Source: a bacterium (GTDB taxonomy: Bacteria > Hinthialibacterota > Hinthialibacteria > Hinthialibacterales > Hinthialibacteraceae). Taken from it: 64,000 nt of DNA. Shown here one piece after another: positions 9,512-20,381 of this stretch. Location of the stretch: the NCBI GenBank assembly GCA_963663405.2, contig CAXXSM010000091.1:16010-80009 (forward strand), written 5' to 3'. Positions within the stretch are counted from its first letter, which is position 1, and each line of letters starts with the position of its first letter. Position numbers and translations under genes: made by a program. The notes below the pieces were generated by a model. That model worked only from the letters and a program-made list of their open reading frames with translations. It ran no database searches and was not told the origin of the DNA.

Positions 9512-10954
9512 ATAAAATCGCTTCGTAAAAAAACCGCGTCCGGTTTGAGATGGATTGGCGTGTCTTCACTGCTATCATCCGGTTTACAAATACTCCAAGT
9601 TATCATTCTATCTCATTTTCTACTTCCAGAAGATTTCGGTTTATGGGCAATGATATCAGTTGTGATCCGGTTATCTTCGAATTACTCAAGCATGGGTTTC
9701 AACAGCGCGATTATCCATTATCAAGACATCTCAGATGACCACCTTTCTTCTTTATATTGGTTCAGCATCCTGATCGGATTCTTTTTTTTCGGACTGCTTA
9801 ATTTGATGACCCCCTTCGTTGTTTGGTTCTTTCAAGAACCAAGGCTTTCCAGTTTAATGCTAATAATCTCTTTCATTTATGTTATCAATCCTTTAGGCAT
9901 CCAATTTAAAACATTGATTCGTAAAAATCTTCTTTTTAAAAAGGCGGCGATTGTAGAAAACACATCAGAATTATTTGGATTTGTAATCTCGATTATTTTA
10001 GCCTGCTATCGTTATGGCGCATATTCTATTGCCTTTGGATTACTGTCAACTACCATTATAAAAACAGCCATTTTAGTATGGATTGGTTGGAGAGATTGGT
10101 GTCCAAGTTTCCATTTTCGCTTCACCGATCTCCGCCGCTATCTCAGGTTTGGACTTTGTCAAGCGGGCACAGTCAGTGTCACGACATTATTTGACAATGT
10201 CGATTATATCATCATTGGCCGCTACCTCGGCCCAGGCATTCTCGGTTCCTATATGTACGCGTATCGGCTCATTGTATTTCCACTGCTAAAGGTCGGCCCT
10301 ATTATTAAAAGTGTTGTGTTTCCAGTCTTCGCCAAAAAGCAAAATGACGATGCGTCACTATGCCGTGGTTATTCGGAGATGATTAAACTGATGGCGTTTG
10401 TTTTTTTCCCTTTACTGACGGGTCTTGCTGTTACTGCGGATATCCTCATCCCGTTTGTTTCCGGCCCACAATGGAAACCGGCGATCATTATAGCCCAAAT
10501 ACTCGTTCCACTGGGGATTCTGAAGGTCCTAACAATCCCATTCAACCCATTAATGCAGGCGAAAGGAAAAGTGGAGATCGCCTTCAAGTTAAGTGTGGGA
10601 ATCGCGATTGCGAACACTCTTGTTTTTTTGGCGCTCGTACGCTTTGGAGCCCATGCGATCGCATTCGCATACGTGGGTCTCACTTTGGGACAGATCATTT
10701 TAATGAGCTGGATTCTTACAAAGACAATCGGCTTTCAATCGAAATCCTATTACCATACGCTGGCGCATCCAGCGCTGTCTACTTGCGTAATGGGGCTGAT
10801 TGTTTATGGATGCGGTTTATGTATTCACTCCCTTACAATCAGCCATGGAGCACTGCTGTTTCTGCTTGTTAGTCTAGGGATCATGATATACACTGCGCTC
10901 GAGTTCTATTTCGATCGAAAATTTCTTATCGATCTCAAACAGATTATTTTATGA
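9512..10954 (+). CDS. wzx: Wzx polysaccharide flippase (WzxC-like, MOP superfamily)
   Basis: LLPEDFGLWAM, DYIIIGRYLGPGILGSY, VFPVFAKKQND; many TM helices; the frame extends upstream of the 9545 TTG to an ATA at 9512 that follows AAGGAG. Confidence 0.9.
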   Translation: MKSLRKKTASGLRWIGVSSLLSSGLQILQVIILSHFLLPEDFGLWAMISVVIRLSSNYSSMGFNSAIIHYQDISDDHLSSLYWFSILIGFFFFGLLNLMTPFVVWFFQEPRLSSLMLIISFIYVINPLGIQFKTLIRKNLLFKKAAIVENTSELFGFVISIILACYRYGAYSIAFGLLSTTIIKTAILVWIGWRDWCPSFHFRFTDLRRYLRFGLCQAGTVSVTTLFDNVDYIIIGRYLGPGILGSYMYAYRLIVFPLLKVGPIIKSVVFPVFAKKQNDDASLCRGYSEMIKLMAFVFFPLLTGLAVTADILIPFVSGPQWKPAIIIAQILVPLGILKVLTIPFNPLMQAKGKVEIAFKLSVGIAIANTLVFLALVRFGAHAIAFAYVGLTLGQIILMSWILTKTIGFQSKSYYHTLAHPALSTCVMGLIVYGCGLCIHSLTISHGALLFLLVSLGIMIYTALEFYFDRKFLIDLKQIIL

Positions 10955-11195
10955 AACCGATCCATCCCTACTAAAAATTGAAGGTTACTGGCAATTCTTC
11001 GAAGTTAATCAGCCATACGGCTACCCGGTCATGCAATACAGTACTCAAGAGATCAATTTGCAGATTGGCCTTATTTACTACACGCAAATAGAACAATAGA
11101 AAGCGATTTACATCCACAATAAGAGAAGAACAAGGCGGAATGAACCAAGTTGGAATCCGTTCCCCCTTTTGCACGACAACGTAGGAGATGATTTG

Positions 11196-12083
11196 ATGAT
11201 CGATCGTAAAACATTGAAATGGATTAATAAGAAACCATTTTTTTCTCAAGTCGGGAAAATTGGGAAAGCGATCCTTTTCTTCGAGCGGCGATTCACATAC
11301 CGATATCGTTGCCTTCCACATTTTGTTATAATCGGATCAGCGAAATGTGGGACGGGATCATTATATTTTTATATCGCGGAACATCCCAATGTGATTTACG
11401 CACACACAAAGGAAGTTCATTACTTTGACCGAAATTATTCAAAAGGAATCGATTGGTACCGTTCCAATTTTCCTTATTTATCTAAAGTGGCTCCCGATTC
11501 CCCGAAACCGGAGAAACGGATTATCACTGGAGAAGCGACTCCGGCCTATATGTTTGTACCCGATATTCCTCAAAAAATGGCGGAAATCAATCCCGGCGCG
11601 AAACTTATCATGATTCTTCGAAATCCAGTGACACGCTCGTATTCTCACTACCAAATGAGTGTTCGAAAAAAGCGCCGGGCCATTTCTTTTGAAGAAACAA
11701 TCAAACAAGAACTGGAAATATTCCAGAAGACGGCTCCGGATCGTTCGGGCCTTTCTATACCTCCATTTGATCTGAACTCCATCCTTCAACGCAGCATTTA
11801 TTATAATCAAATCGAGCGTTGGCTTGAATATTATCCTAAAGAACAAATGCTATTTCTTAAAAGTGAAGATTTCTTCAACAACACTGCCGAAGTGATGCAA
11901 ACCGTTTTTGACTATCTGGAACTAACCCCTTTTACGAATAAACAATTTTACGTGGATAATCCCGGAGGTTATAAACCATTAAAAGGGGATATATACGAAC
12001 AATTAACCGATTTTTTCAGGCCCTATAATCAAAAGTTATATGATTTAATAGGCCAGGATTTTGGGTGGGAGACGGAAATATAA
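11196..12083 (+). CDS. Sulfotransferase (heparan-sulfate 3-O/N-sulfotransferase-like domain)
   Basis: LPHFVIIGSAKCGTGSLY (5'-PSB loop), KEVHYFD, EATPAYM, LRNPVTRSYSHY (3'-PB); RBS AGGAG before ATG 11196. Confidence 0.92.
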   Translation: MIDRKTLKWINKKPFFSQVGKIGKAILFFERRFTYRYRCLPHFVIIGSAKCGTGSLYFYIAEHPNVIYAHTKEVHYFDRNYSKGIDWYRSNFPYLSKVAPDSPKPEKRIITGEATPAYMFVPDIPQKMAEINPGAKLIMILRNPVTRSYSHYQMSVRKKRRAISFEETIKQELEIFQKTAPDRSGLSIPPFDLNSILQRSIYYNQIERWLEYYPKEQMLFLKSEDFFNNTAEVMQTVFDYLELTPFTNKQFYVDNPGGYKPLKGDIYEQLTDFFRPYNQKLYDLIGQDFGWETEI

Positions 12084-12157
12084 AATCTACTTTCCGCTTA
12101 CGTCTATACCTAACCTAAACGAGTGTCTTGATTGCCCATTGAAGGATAATTCACACA

Positions 12158-13186
12158 ATGAACCAAAACCATTTCGATAAATCTAAAAATCAATTCTATT
12201 ACCTCGTTGGTGGGAAAAAGAAAAAAACATTAACAAACATGGAAGAATGGCATCTTTTTGAAAAAGGGATTATTCTAAAAATCGATATCCAGACAGGGAA
12301 ATGCGATACTTGCAAGGAGTATATCACCCCACCCGACGTTTGCGCATATGAGGATAATCCTTCTTATATCTTCAAAACGGCTACCCTCAAAGACGATCGC
12401 CTTTACGTGTGTACTCAAACGGAAATTCTCGTATATCATTTGCCGGACTTCGAACAGGAGAATTATATTACTCTTCCCTGTTTTAACGATCTCCATCATG
12501 TATATCCGACGGTTTCGGGAACACTGCTCGTGGCGGTGACTGGATTGGATATGGCCATCGAAATAGATAAGGAAGGAAACATTCTGCAAGAATGGGATGT
12601 TTTGGGGAATCCCCCTTGGACGCGGTTTTCGCGTGATACGGATTACCGGAAGATCGTTACGACAAAACCACATCAGTCCCATCCGAACTATGTCTTTGAA
12701 ATTGGTGAGGACTATTGGGTAAGCCGCTTCAAGCAAAAGGACGCGATTTGTTTGACCAACCCATCGAAGAAGACCATTCCCATTGGGATCGAAAAAATTC
12801 ATGACGGCATCCTATACAATGACCATGTCTATTTCACAACCGTCAATGGACATGTGGCAGTATACAACTACCCACAAGAGACGATGGAATACATATATAA
12901 CCTGAATGATATTTACAGCCTTTCATGCCCGTTGGGATGGTGCCGGGGCTTACATGTCGTTGACGATCATCTCGTGATTGTTGGCTTCACCCAGCTCCGT
13001 ACGACGAAGTTCAGAGAAAATATAAAATGGGTTGCTTACCTAGCGGGATTTGACGCCGAACGTTATCACTTAAAAGCCCTACCCTCTAGAATTGCTCTGT
13101 TCGATTTGAAGGTCAATCGTATGCTCTGGGAACACACCGTGCAAGACTATGGCATCGACGCGCTATTTTCCATCCATCCCGCGTGA
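12158..13186 (+). CDS. Hypothetical beta-propeller-like protein in the polysaccharide locus
   Basis: 342 aa, no signal peptide; His-containing blade-like motifs FNDLHHV, QSHPNYV, KIHDGI, GWCRGL. Confidence 0.7.
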   Translation: MNQNHFDKSKNQFYYLVGGKKKKTLTNMEEWHLFEKGIILKIDIQTGKCDTCKEYITPPDVCAYEDNPSYIFKTATLKDDRLYVCTQTEILVYHLPDFEQENYITLPCFNDLHHVYPTVSGTLLVAVTGLDMAIEIDKEGNILQEWDVLGNPPWTRFSRDTDYRKIVTTKPHQSHPNYVFEIGEDYWVSRFKQKDAICLTNPSKKTIPIGIEKIHDGILYNDHVYFTTVNGHVAVYNYPQETMEYIYNLNDIYSLSCPLGWCRGLHVVDDHLVIVGFTQLRTTKFRENIKWVAYLAGFDAERYHLKALPSRIALFDLKVNRMLWEHTVQDYGIDALFSIHPA

Positions 13187-13289
13187 TACTGTTCCTACAA
13201 GACATCACCCCTTTCCCAATAAAAACGAAAGTCGCTTAAGATCTGACAACAAATTTATACATCACTGTTTTGAACTAAGGTAATTGAAA

Positions 13290-14189
13290 ATGACACCATT
13301 TTTTGTGATAGGTAAAAATCGGTCCGGAACCAAATGGCTTTCCAATATCATTGCGAACCATCCCGACATCGCCTGTATTCAACGCCAAGGAGAATACGGA
13401 ATTTTGGACGCGGACATTTTTATCCATATGCCTCGAGCGTTCGGTGACTTGGAAATCGATGAAAACTATCTCGGATTTCTCGCCTGTTTTGCGCAGACTG
13501 ATTTTTTCTTGTTAACAGGACTCGATCCCAGTGTTTTGTATGAAAAACGATGTGACAATTATTACGATTTCTTCCGGTATATAATGAATCTGTACGCGCA
13601 AAGAAATGGAAAAGCACACTGGTTACAGAAGGCCAATCCCCGATCGATCGACAGCTTGTACGCCCACTTTACAGACGCGAAATTCATCATCACTCAACGG
13701 GACATGGAAGCGACAATCCGTTCCACAAAAGGCCTGTGTTTAACACCCGAAGGACGACGCGTAAACAAAGATGATGTCAATATCTGGCGCTTGATCTCCA
13801 GTTATGTTTTTGATGATAAAATAGAAAAGCAATACAAAATGAAAGAACGGATTTTAATGGTGCGTTACGAACATCTTCGAGAGCAGAGAGAATTGGTAAC
13901 ACGGAAAATCACCGCGTTTCTAGGTCTTGATTTCCATGAGGATATGATGAAAGATAAATTCACCGTCAATACGAGTTTTAAAGACGCAGAAACACGAAAA
14001 AAAACTCTAACCGGATGGGAGACATTGCTGATCCATACCTTAGGACCCATGTTGCGCCTCATCCCTCTGCGTTTGTACACCCTTATCAAAACAATCGATG
14101 AACGCCTTTTCGCTCGATTGGAAAAACAGAGGATTAAATTCATGCCCAAGTCCTTTGACTTGGTTAAAGCGGCTCGTGGATGGAAATAA
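13290..14189 (+). CDS. Sulfotransferase family protein (Sulfotransfer_3-like)
   Basis: PFFVIGKNRSGTKWLSNII 5'-PSB loop; WLQKANP; AKFIITQRD; VRYEHL. Confidence 0.88.
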   Translation: MTPFFVIGKNRSGTKWLSNIIANHPDIACIQRQGEYGILDADIFIHMPRAFGDLEIDENYLGFLACFAQTDFFLLTGLDPSVLYEKRCDNYYDFFRYIMNLYAQRNGKAHWLQKANPRSIDSLYAHFTDAKFIITQRDMEATIRSTKGLCLTPEGRRVNKDDVNIWRLISSYVFDDKIEKQYKMKERILMVRYEHLREQRELVTRKITAFLGLDFHEDMMKDKFTVNTSFKDAETRKKTLTGWETLLIHTLGPMLRLIPLRLYTLIKTIDERLFARLEKQRIKFMPKSFDLVKAARGWK

Positions 14190-14316
14190 GAATAGACGTT
14201 GTTTGATACCGCATATGAACTGTGATTATCCACGGATCGCGTTCTCGTAATCCGAAGCAAAACGGAATTACGAAAGAGATTTCGGATAATCATTATCAAA
14301 ATGTTGGGATTCCACC

Positions 14317-15834
14317 ATGATTACTACGCCACACGTCCATTGTCAAATCACGGATATGAAAAACAACGATACTGTTCCGGAATATTACTGGAACATCAAA
14401 GCAACCTGCGTTGTGGTCTCTATTATTCTGCTATCATTCTTCACTCCCTTAGCAGTTGGACGGTTGGGACTTTCCTTATCCGTCTTGTGCGCTCCAATCG
14501 GCATCATCTACATTATTGGTTCAGTTTTGCGGCTGAATCTATCCTGGACTCACAAAATCGGATTGTATCTACTGGCCATTATTTTTTTAAACATTGATTT
14601 CATCTCATTAGTCAAACACACCAAAGGTGATATCACTCAAATGGAAGTGGAATCAACTCGGGGTCTATCATGGATTCTCGCGGCTTTGTTCATTTTATAT
14701 TGTTCGTTCAATCTCCGAGCGATTCTCCACTGCATTCAAACCAATCGATTTGTCAGGTTAATCCTCTTTTTTTTCGCATTGATGTTAGTCTCCTTCCTTC
14801 TCAATAATCCATTTTCGGTTTTTTTTAATTTTTTCACTGAATATGTTTTTTACTTGATGATTATCCTTGTGACAGCGGAGATCATAATCTCCTCCCCTCA
14901 CGCCGGTCTTGCATTGCTTTACACAATCACATTATGCGGAATTGTCCCAGCCATCTCGTCCATTTTGGAATATCTCTATCCATTCTCACTCGGAATGAGC
15001 CATACACTCCGGAATACCCTCGGAGAAAGAATCCGCACGTCCAGTCTTTATTCGAATCCTAATGCAATGGCATATGCCATATCTTTTTCGGCGATTGTGA
15101 TGACATGGCTATCCAGCATGAAACGGATATCCCTGAAATTATGCTTTGTTCTGCTTGGAATCTTCGCTGTATCGATTTTTTTTACCTTTTCCCGCAGAGG
15201 AGCGTTAACTCTAGCATTGGCTTTTCTAGGATTCGCGGTGGCCTTTATACGCCGTTACAAAAATGATCCCCACACCTTGATCCTGACCGCCATATTGATT
15301 GTAATCACAATTATCGGCGCCTTACAGATTTTAAGCCCGCAGGTCGAAAATCTAATAGCCAAGAGCAATCAGCAAATACGCTTTCAATCCATAATCGGTA
15401 TGTTGAGTTTAGATTTTACGAGTATGTCTGATACGTTCCAATCCTCTCGCTTAGAAAGGTTTGAAGACGCGTGGCCGATAATTCAAAAATCTCCTTGGTT
15501 GGGCAATAAAGAACCTACAAAAGAAGATACCTATACATTCACTCCGCATAATATTTTTCTCCTCATTTGGGAACGCCATGGTTTTTTCATATTACTTTTC
15601 TTTGTTTATATAAACGCGCTTCTATTATACGGCGCCCTGTACAAACGTATATCGAACCGATTATACATACTCTTAATATTGAGTTGTGTTTATCTTCAAA
15701 TGCTGTTCAATCATGGGCTGTTTGATAAACGATTTAACGCCATTATCTTTACAATAACATTACTCTCCTATTGTTTTTCGTCGACCTCTCTTTCAGGAGA
15801 TCATTATTTTCAATCCCAACGTTCGACTCGATAG
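14317..15834 (+). CDS. O-antigen ligase/Wzy polymerase family membrane protein
   Basis: 10+ TM helices; R-T-S-S-L-Y-S-N-P-N, TFSRRG, PHNIFLLIWERHG motifs. Confidence 0.85.
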   Translation: MITTPHVHCQITDMKNNDTVPEYYWNIKATCVVVSIILLSFFTPLAVGRLGLSLSVLCAPIGIIYIIGSVLRLNLSWTHKIGLYLLAIIFLNIDFISLVKHTKGDITQMEVESTRGLSWILAALFILYCSFNLRAILHCIQTNRFVRLILFFFALMLVSFLLNNPFSVFFNFFTEYVFYLMIILVTAEIIISSPHAGLALLYTITLCGIVPAISSILEYLYPFSLGMSHTLRNTLGERIRTSSLYSNPNAMAYAISFSAIVMTWLSSMKRISLKLCFVLLGIFAVSIFFTFSRRGALTLALAFLGFAVAFIRRYKNDPHTLILTAILIVITIIGALQILSPQVENLIAKSNQQIRFQSIIGMLSLDFTSMSDTFQSSRLERFEDAWPIIQKSPWLGNKEPTKEDTYTFTPHNIFLLIWERHGFFILLFFVYINALLLYGALYKRISNRLYILLILSCVYLQMLFNHGLFDKRFNAIIFTITLLSYCFSSTSLSGDHYFQSQRSTR

Positions 15835-16102
15835 TTTGTTTTCAGTCAAAACAACAATGGCTTACACAATTTTATTAGGACTCCGATCCACATCAATCAC
15901 ATATAATTGATCTTCTACAAATATTTTCCATTTCTAATGATCTCGTTATTTCATCTTACAAAATAGTATAAAATAATAGATGGTGTTACGCAAAAAATAG
16001 TATTGCCCCCATACTTTGCGTCACTTGATTTTACAAGATAATCACATAATCTGCGCTCTCGGCGTAAAGTTGATTGTCATCTTTTTATTGAAAGAAAATC
16101 CT

Positions 16103-17221
16103 ATGCGTATTATCGTCCTTGTAGATTCTTTAATTGCTGGTGGTGTGCAACGTGAAATGACCACTTTAGCCGTCCTGCTCAAGCAGCGTCAATACGATGT
16201 ACAAGTGATTTCATACTTCTCTCATGATTTTTTCAAACCGGTTCTTGACCGGGCGCAAATCCCGCAGACCATCGTACCTCATAAAAACAAATTACATCGT
16301 CTTTTTGCCGTGAGGAAAGCCATCCGAGAAAGTCAACCAGATGTAGTGATAGCCTACATGAATACACCTAGTTTGCTAGCGGAATTTTCCGGTCTTCCAT
16401 TCCGCCGGTTTTCAGTGATCGTAGGGGAAGCCAACACGGATTTAGCGATTACACGATCAATTAAGGGGCGTTTTTACCTGCACCGGCTGGCCGATGCGAT
16501 TTGGACAAACTCACACTCTCAGCTGAAATTTATCCAAACACACGCCCCCTGGCTGACCTCTCGTCTGTCCTTGATTATTAATTGCGTGGATCTCAATTTG
16601 TTCCACCCCCCCAAGACAGAGCCCACTTCCGATGCCATTCGCCTCCTCGTTGTTTCCCGGTTCGATCCCCATAAAAATTTCATGACACTTCTTACTGCAT
16701 TAGAACGAGTCAAGCAAACAGCTCCAGCCATCAACATTACAGTGGACTGGTACGGCAATAATTTTTTCACTGATGGAAAACCGACAAAGTTATCAGCGTC
16801 TTACATGGAATTACAAAAGGCGATTGAAACACGGAAGATGAGGGAATATTTCCGTTTGCATGATCCAGTCGAAGATGTCGTCTCTTTATATCAGCAGGCG
16901 TCCGCATTCTGTCTGCCTTCTTTTTATGAGGGCACCCCAAATGTCATTTGTGAAGCGATGGCTTGTGGACGGCCGATTTTAATAAGCCGCGTATGTGACA
17001 ACGAACGATTTTCAATTGATGGAGAGAATGGATTCCTCTTCGATCCTCATTCCGCCGATGATATCGCGAACACAATCATCCGTTTCGCCTCGCTTCCCCC
17101 TGACGGCCGGCGGCAGATGGGCATCCGAAGCAGAGAGAGGGCGGAAACCCTGTTTTCTCGAGAACGATTTATTACACAATTTATTGATTTAATTGAAGGG
17201 CTTAGGCAGAAGAAACGCTAG
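16103..17221 (+). CDS. Glycosyltransferase family 4
   Basis: MRIIVLVDSLIAGGVQR start; PSFYEGTPNVICEAMACGRP (EX7E). Confidence 0.9.
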   Translation: MRIIVLVDSLIAGGVQREMTTLAVLLKQRQYDVQVISYFSHDFFKPVLDRAQIPQTIVPHKNKLHRLFAVRKAIRESQPDVVIAYMNTPSLLAEFSGLPFRRFSVIVGEANTDLAITRSIKGRFYLHRLADAIWTNSHSQLKFIQTHAPWLTSRLSLIINCVDLNLFHPPKTEPTSDAIRLLVVSRFDPHKNFMTLLTALERVKQTAPAINITVDWYGNNFFTDGKPTKLSASYMELQKAIETRKMREYFRLHDPVEDVVSLYQQASAFCLPSFYEGTPNVICEAMACGRPILISRVCDNERFSIDGENGFLFDPHSADDIANTIIRFASLPPDGRRQMGIRSRERAETLFSRERFITQFIDLIEGLRQKKR

Positions 17222-17491
17222 CGATCAGCAATCCGAAGACAGTACATCGTCTTTCTTGATACGGTAAAAAAAAACAGTAAGACGAAACGAACCACTACAC
17301 GATGTATTACAGGTTAAGTGATATCAATACTCAATTATTGTATATATTGAATTTTCACCGCTTCAACTGAATCAAACATCATTCATCGGTTTATCATCAA
17401 CACACAACTGTCATTCGCGAGTACACACATCCAATGATCAGTGAGTTTTTAAATCGCCCCTATTCTGCAACAAGAGGAATGGAGATCCTTT

Positions 17492-18640
17492 ATGAGAAGT
17501 AAAACCCAACCAGAAGACGATCGGTTACTACGATTGCTCCTGATCGGATCACTTCCCCCCCCACTGGGTGGGACCGCGGTTTCTTTCACACACTTGATCC
17601 ACTATCTAGAAACCCGGCCAGATGTCACACTTAAGGTGATCAATACACAAGGAATCCGGAGTGGAGGAATCAAAGGGAAATTTATGTTTTTTTTGAAGGT
17701 GTTTCAAATTTTCATCTCCTCACTCCAATCTGATGTAATTAGTGTCCATATACACCCCGATGCGATTTTTTACATTGGTCCATTCATCGTATTGTTTTCA
17801 TTTTTGCTTCGTAAACCATTCTTACTTCGTATTTTTGCGGGAGTTGATTACAACGATCGCAAACGATACGGACGATTTCGAAGGACGATTAACCACTTTG
17901 TAGCGCGTCGCGCTCAGCTAGTCCTAATTCAAACCAAAATGCTGCTCGATTCCGCACGGGCGGATGGTCTGACACGCGTTCAATGGTTCCCCACAAACCG
18001 TCCTATGCCCGCCACTCCATTGGACCTGAGCGGCCGTTCTTGTTCGTGCCGTCGATTCGTCTTCCTAGGTCAACTCAGGTGGGTGAAAGGAGTGGCGGAA
18101 ATTATTCAAGCGGGAGAGCGTTTCGGGGAAGACATCACGATCGATGTATACGGCCCATTGCTTTGGGATGTTAAAAAAGAAGATTTAGAGGGATTAAAAC
18201 GAATTCGCTATCATGGAGAGGTGAAACCCGAATGCGTGCACGAAACATTATGTCGTTACGACGCACTGCTTCTTCCTACATTTCTCCCAGATGAAGGCTA
18301 TTCGGGTGTCATCATGGAAGCGTATGGCGCAGGTTTGCCCATCATTTGCACACGGTGGCGGGCGTTGCCTGAAATAGTCGATGAAACATCAGGCATATTA
18401 ATTAACATCCGTGATCCAGAAGCGCTCTATAACGCCATGAAAACACTGATCGATGACGATGCGCTATTCGCCCGTCTTCGTGAGGGCGCCATTCAAAAAC
18501 AAGCGGTATTTTCATCGGAAGTCTGGAACGCGCGGTTTGTTGAAATGGCTAACGAATTGCTTACTAAAAAAAACGGATTAACAAAATACTTTACCGAACT
18601 CCGTATCACAGATACGTTTGCATTTTCAACTGATTCTTAA
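17492..18640 (+). CDS. Glycosyltransferase family 4
   Basis: PPPLGG N-terminal loop; EGYSGVIMEAYGAGLP (EX7E). Confidence 0.9.
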   Translation: MRSKTQPEDDRLLRLLLIGSLPPPLGGTAVSFTHLIHYLETRPDVTLKVINTQGIRSGGIKGKFMFFLKVFQIFISSLQSDVISVHIHPDAIFYIGPFIVLFSFLLRKPFLLRIFAGVDYNDRKRYGRFRRTINHFVARRAQLVLIQTKMLLDSARADGLTRVQWFPTNRPMPATPLDLSGRSCSCRRFVFLGQLRWVKGVAEIIQAGERFGEDITIDVYGPLLWDVKKEDLEGLKRIRYHGEVKPECVHETLCRYDALLLPTFLPDEGYSGVIMEAYGAGLPIICTRWRALPEIVDETSGILINIRDPEALYNAMKTLIDDDALFARLREGAIQKQAVFSSEVWNARFVEMANELLTKKNGLTKYFTELRITDTFAFSTDS

Positions 18641-18742
18641 TTTGCAATTTCGTTTCTTTACCATTTTACCTGTTCGAAGGGTATAACCGATCCGATATAC
18701 AGTTCACATCCTAAGAGACAAAAAAAATATGCTTAAATAAAC

Positions 18743-19876
18743 ATGCACAAAATCTTAGTGGTTATCGGTACTCGGCCGGAAGCGATCAAGATGGCGCCTG
18801 TCATCTGGGCAATGAAAGAACATCTTGATGCGATTCAACCACTTGTCTGCGTAACCGGTCAACACCGCCATATGTTAGACCAAATGCTAACGTTGTTCCA
18901 AATCACGCCCGATTACGATTTGGACATTATGGCAGAGCGTCAATCACTTGCTATGCTCTCGGCGCGGATAATGACGAAAATGGAGACACTCCTGGTGGAT
19001 CTGCGTCCGGATTGGATTTTCGTGCAGGGAGACACGACCACCGCAGCGATCGCGAGTCTGGTTGGGTTTTACAATCACGTGAACGTGGGACACGTGGAAG
19101 CCGGCCTCCGCACGAAGAACAAACGGGCCCCGTTTCCAGAAGAAATCAACCGGCGAGTGATCTCGGTTATTGGAGATCTGCATTTCGCGCCGACAGAAAA
19201 CGCCCGTCAAGCGCTGCTGGAGGAAGGGATCCCTGATTCGACTATTGCAGTGACAGGCAACACCGTTATCGATTCCTTGTTCTGGGTGCGGGATCGTGTA
19301 CGTAAACAGCCACCGATTCTTCCAGATGGGCTGTTTGAATCGATCCAAAATCAACGCTTAATTCTCGTGACAGGCCATCGTCGCGAGAGTTTTGGAGAGG
19401 GCTTCAGCCAAATCTGTCAGGCTTTGCGCATGATCGCTCAGCGGTTTCCCGATGTCAGTATCATTTATCCTGTACATCTCAATCCCAATGTGCAAGAACC
19501 GGTTCATCGCTTGTTAGGCGGGCAAGACCGAATCCATTTGATTGATCCGCAGCCCTACGACGCTTTTGTCTGGCTAATGGATCAATCCTACCTTGTTCTC
19601 ACCGATTCAGGCGGAGTACAGGAAGAAGCGCCTTCGCTGGGAAAACCTACTTTGGTGATGCGGGAAACCACGGAACGCCAGGAAGGATTAACATCCGGTA
19701 ACACGATACTCGTTTGCGCAAATCAAGCGTCTATTCTACGCCATACCGCTGATTTATTAAACAGCATTGACAAATACCAGGAAATGACCATAATTAAAAA
19801 CATCTACGGTGATGGACGGGCGTCCACCCGCATTGTCCAAAAGACTTTGGAATTCATCGCTCATTCAAAAACATAG
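18743..19876 (+). CDS. wecB: UDP-N-acetylglucosamine 2-epimerase (non-hydrolysing)
   Basis: GTRPEAIKMAP, TGQHR, VQGDTTT, HVEAGLR, PFPEEINR, TDSGGVQEEAPSLGKP. Confidence 0.95.
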   Translation: MHKILVVIGTRPEAIKMAPVIWAMKEHLDAIQPLVCVTGQHRHMLDQMLTLFQITPDYDLDIMAERQSLAMLSARIMTKMETLLVDLRPDWIFVQGDTTTAAIASLVGFYNHVNVGHVEAGLRTKNKRAPFPEEINRRVISVIGDLHFAPTENARQALLEEGIPDSTIAVTGNTVIDSLFWVRDRVRKQPPILPDGLFESIQNQRLILVTGHRRESFGEGFSQICQALRMIAQRFPDVSIIYPVHLNPNVQEPVHRLLGGQDRIHLIDPQPYDAFVWLMDQSYLVLTDSGGVQEEAPSLGKPTLVMRETTERQEGLTSGNTILVCANQASILRHTADLLNSIDKYQEMTIIKNIYGDGRASTRIVQKTLEFIAHSKT

Positions 19877-20381
19877 GAATCCCTCAGATCAATCGGTGGT
19901 GGAACGTAGATTTTTTTAAGGCGATATAGCTGTTCCCAATGGCCGAATCATTACGATTGTAGAGGAGAGTGTAGAAATCAGAGAAGAGATGTCCGCTCAA
20001 GTTTCGTGTAATACAGAGGGGATGGGAATCCCTTTACGAAAAGTTCACTCGTAAATCTTACGGCACTATAAGATATCAATAATTGGATGAGAATCATGCA
20101 TCACTCATCTTTCGCGCTACCTTATGACAAGTGAATAAATAGGTTGCTGACTATCGCGCGCAATGTTATTAACATACCTAGAAAAGGACGCTTCGATCCT
20201 TAAACATCGAAACGTATTAAATGAAATTAAAATAAATATCCATAGACATAGATAGATATTTATTTGCTTGTCTATCTGCAGCCTATAGATAAGTTTCGTC
20301 TTACCAGTTTTTTTGCGGCTCCATCTTGAATGAATCATTCACGGGTTTTGTTATCGAGAAAACAATCAGAAGAGGGCGTAA

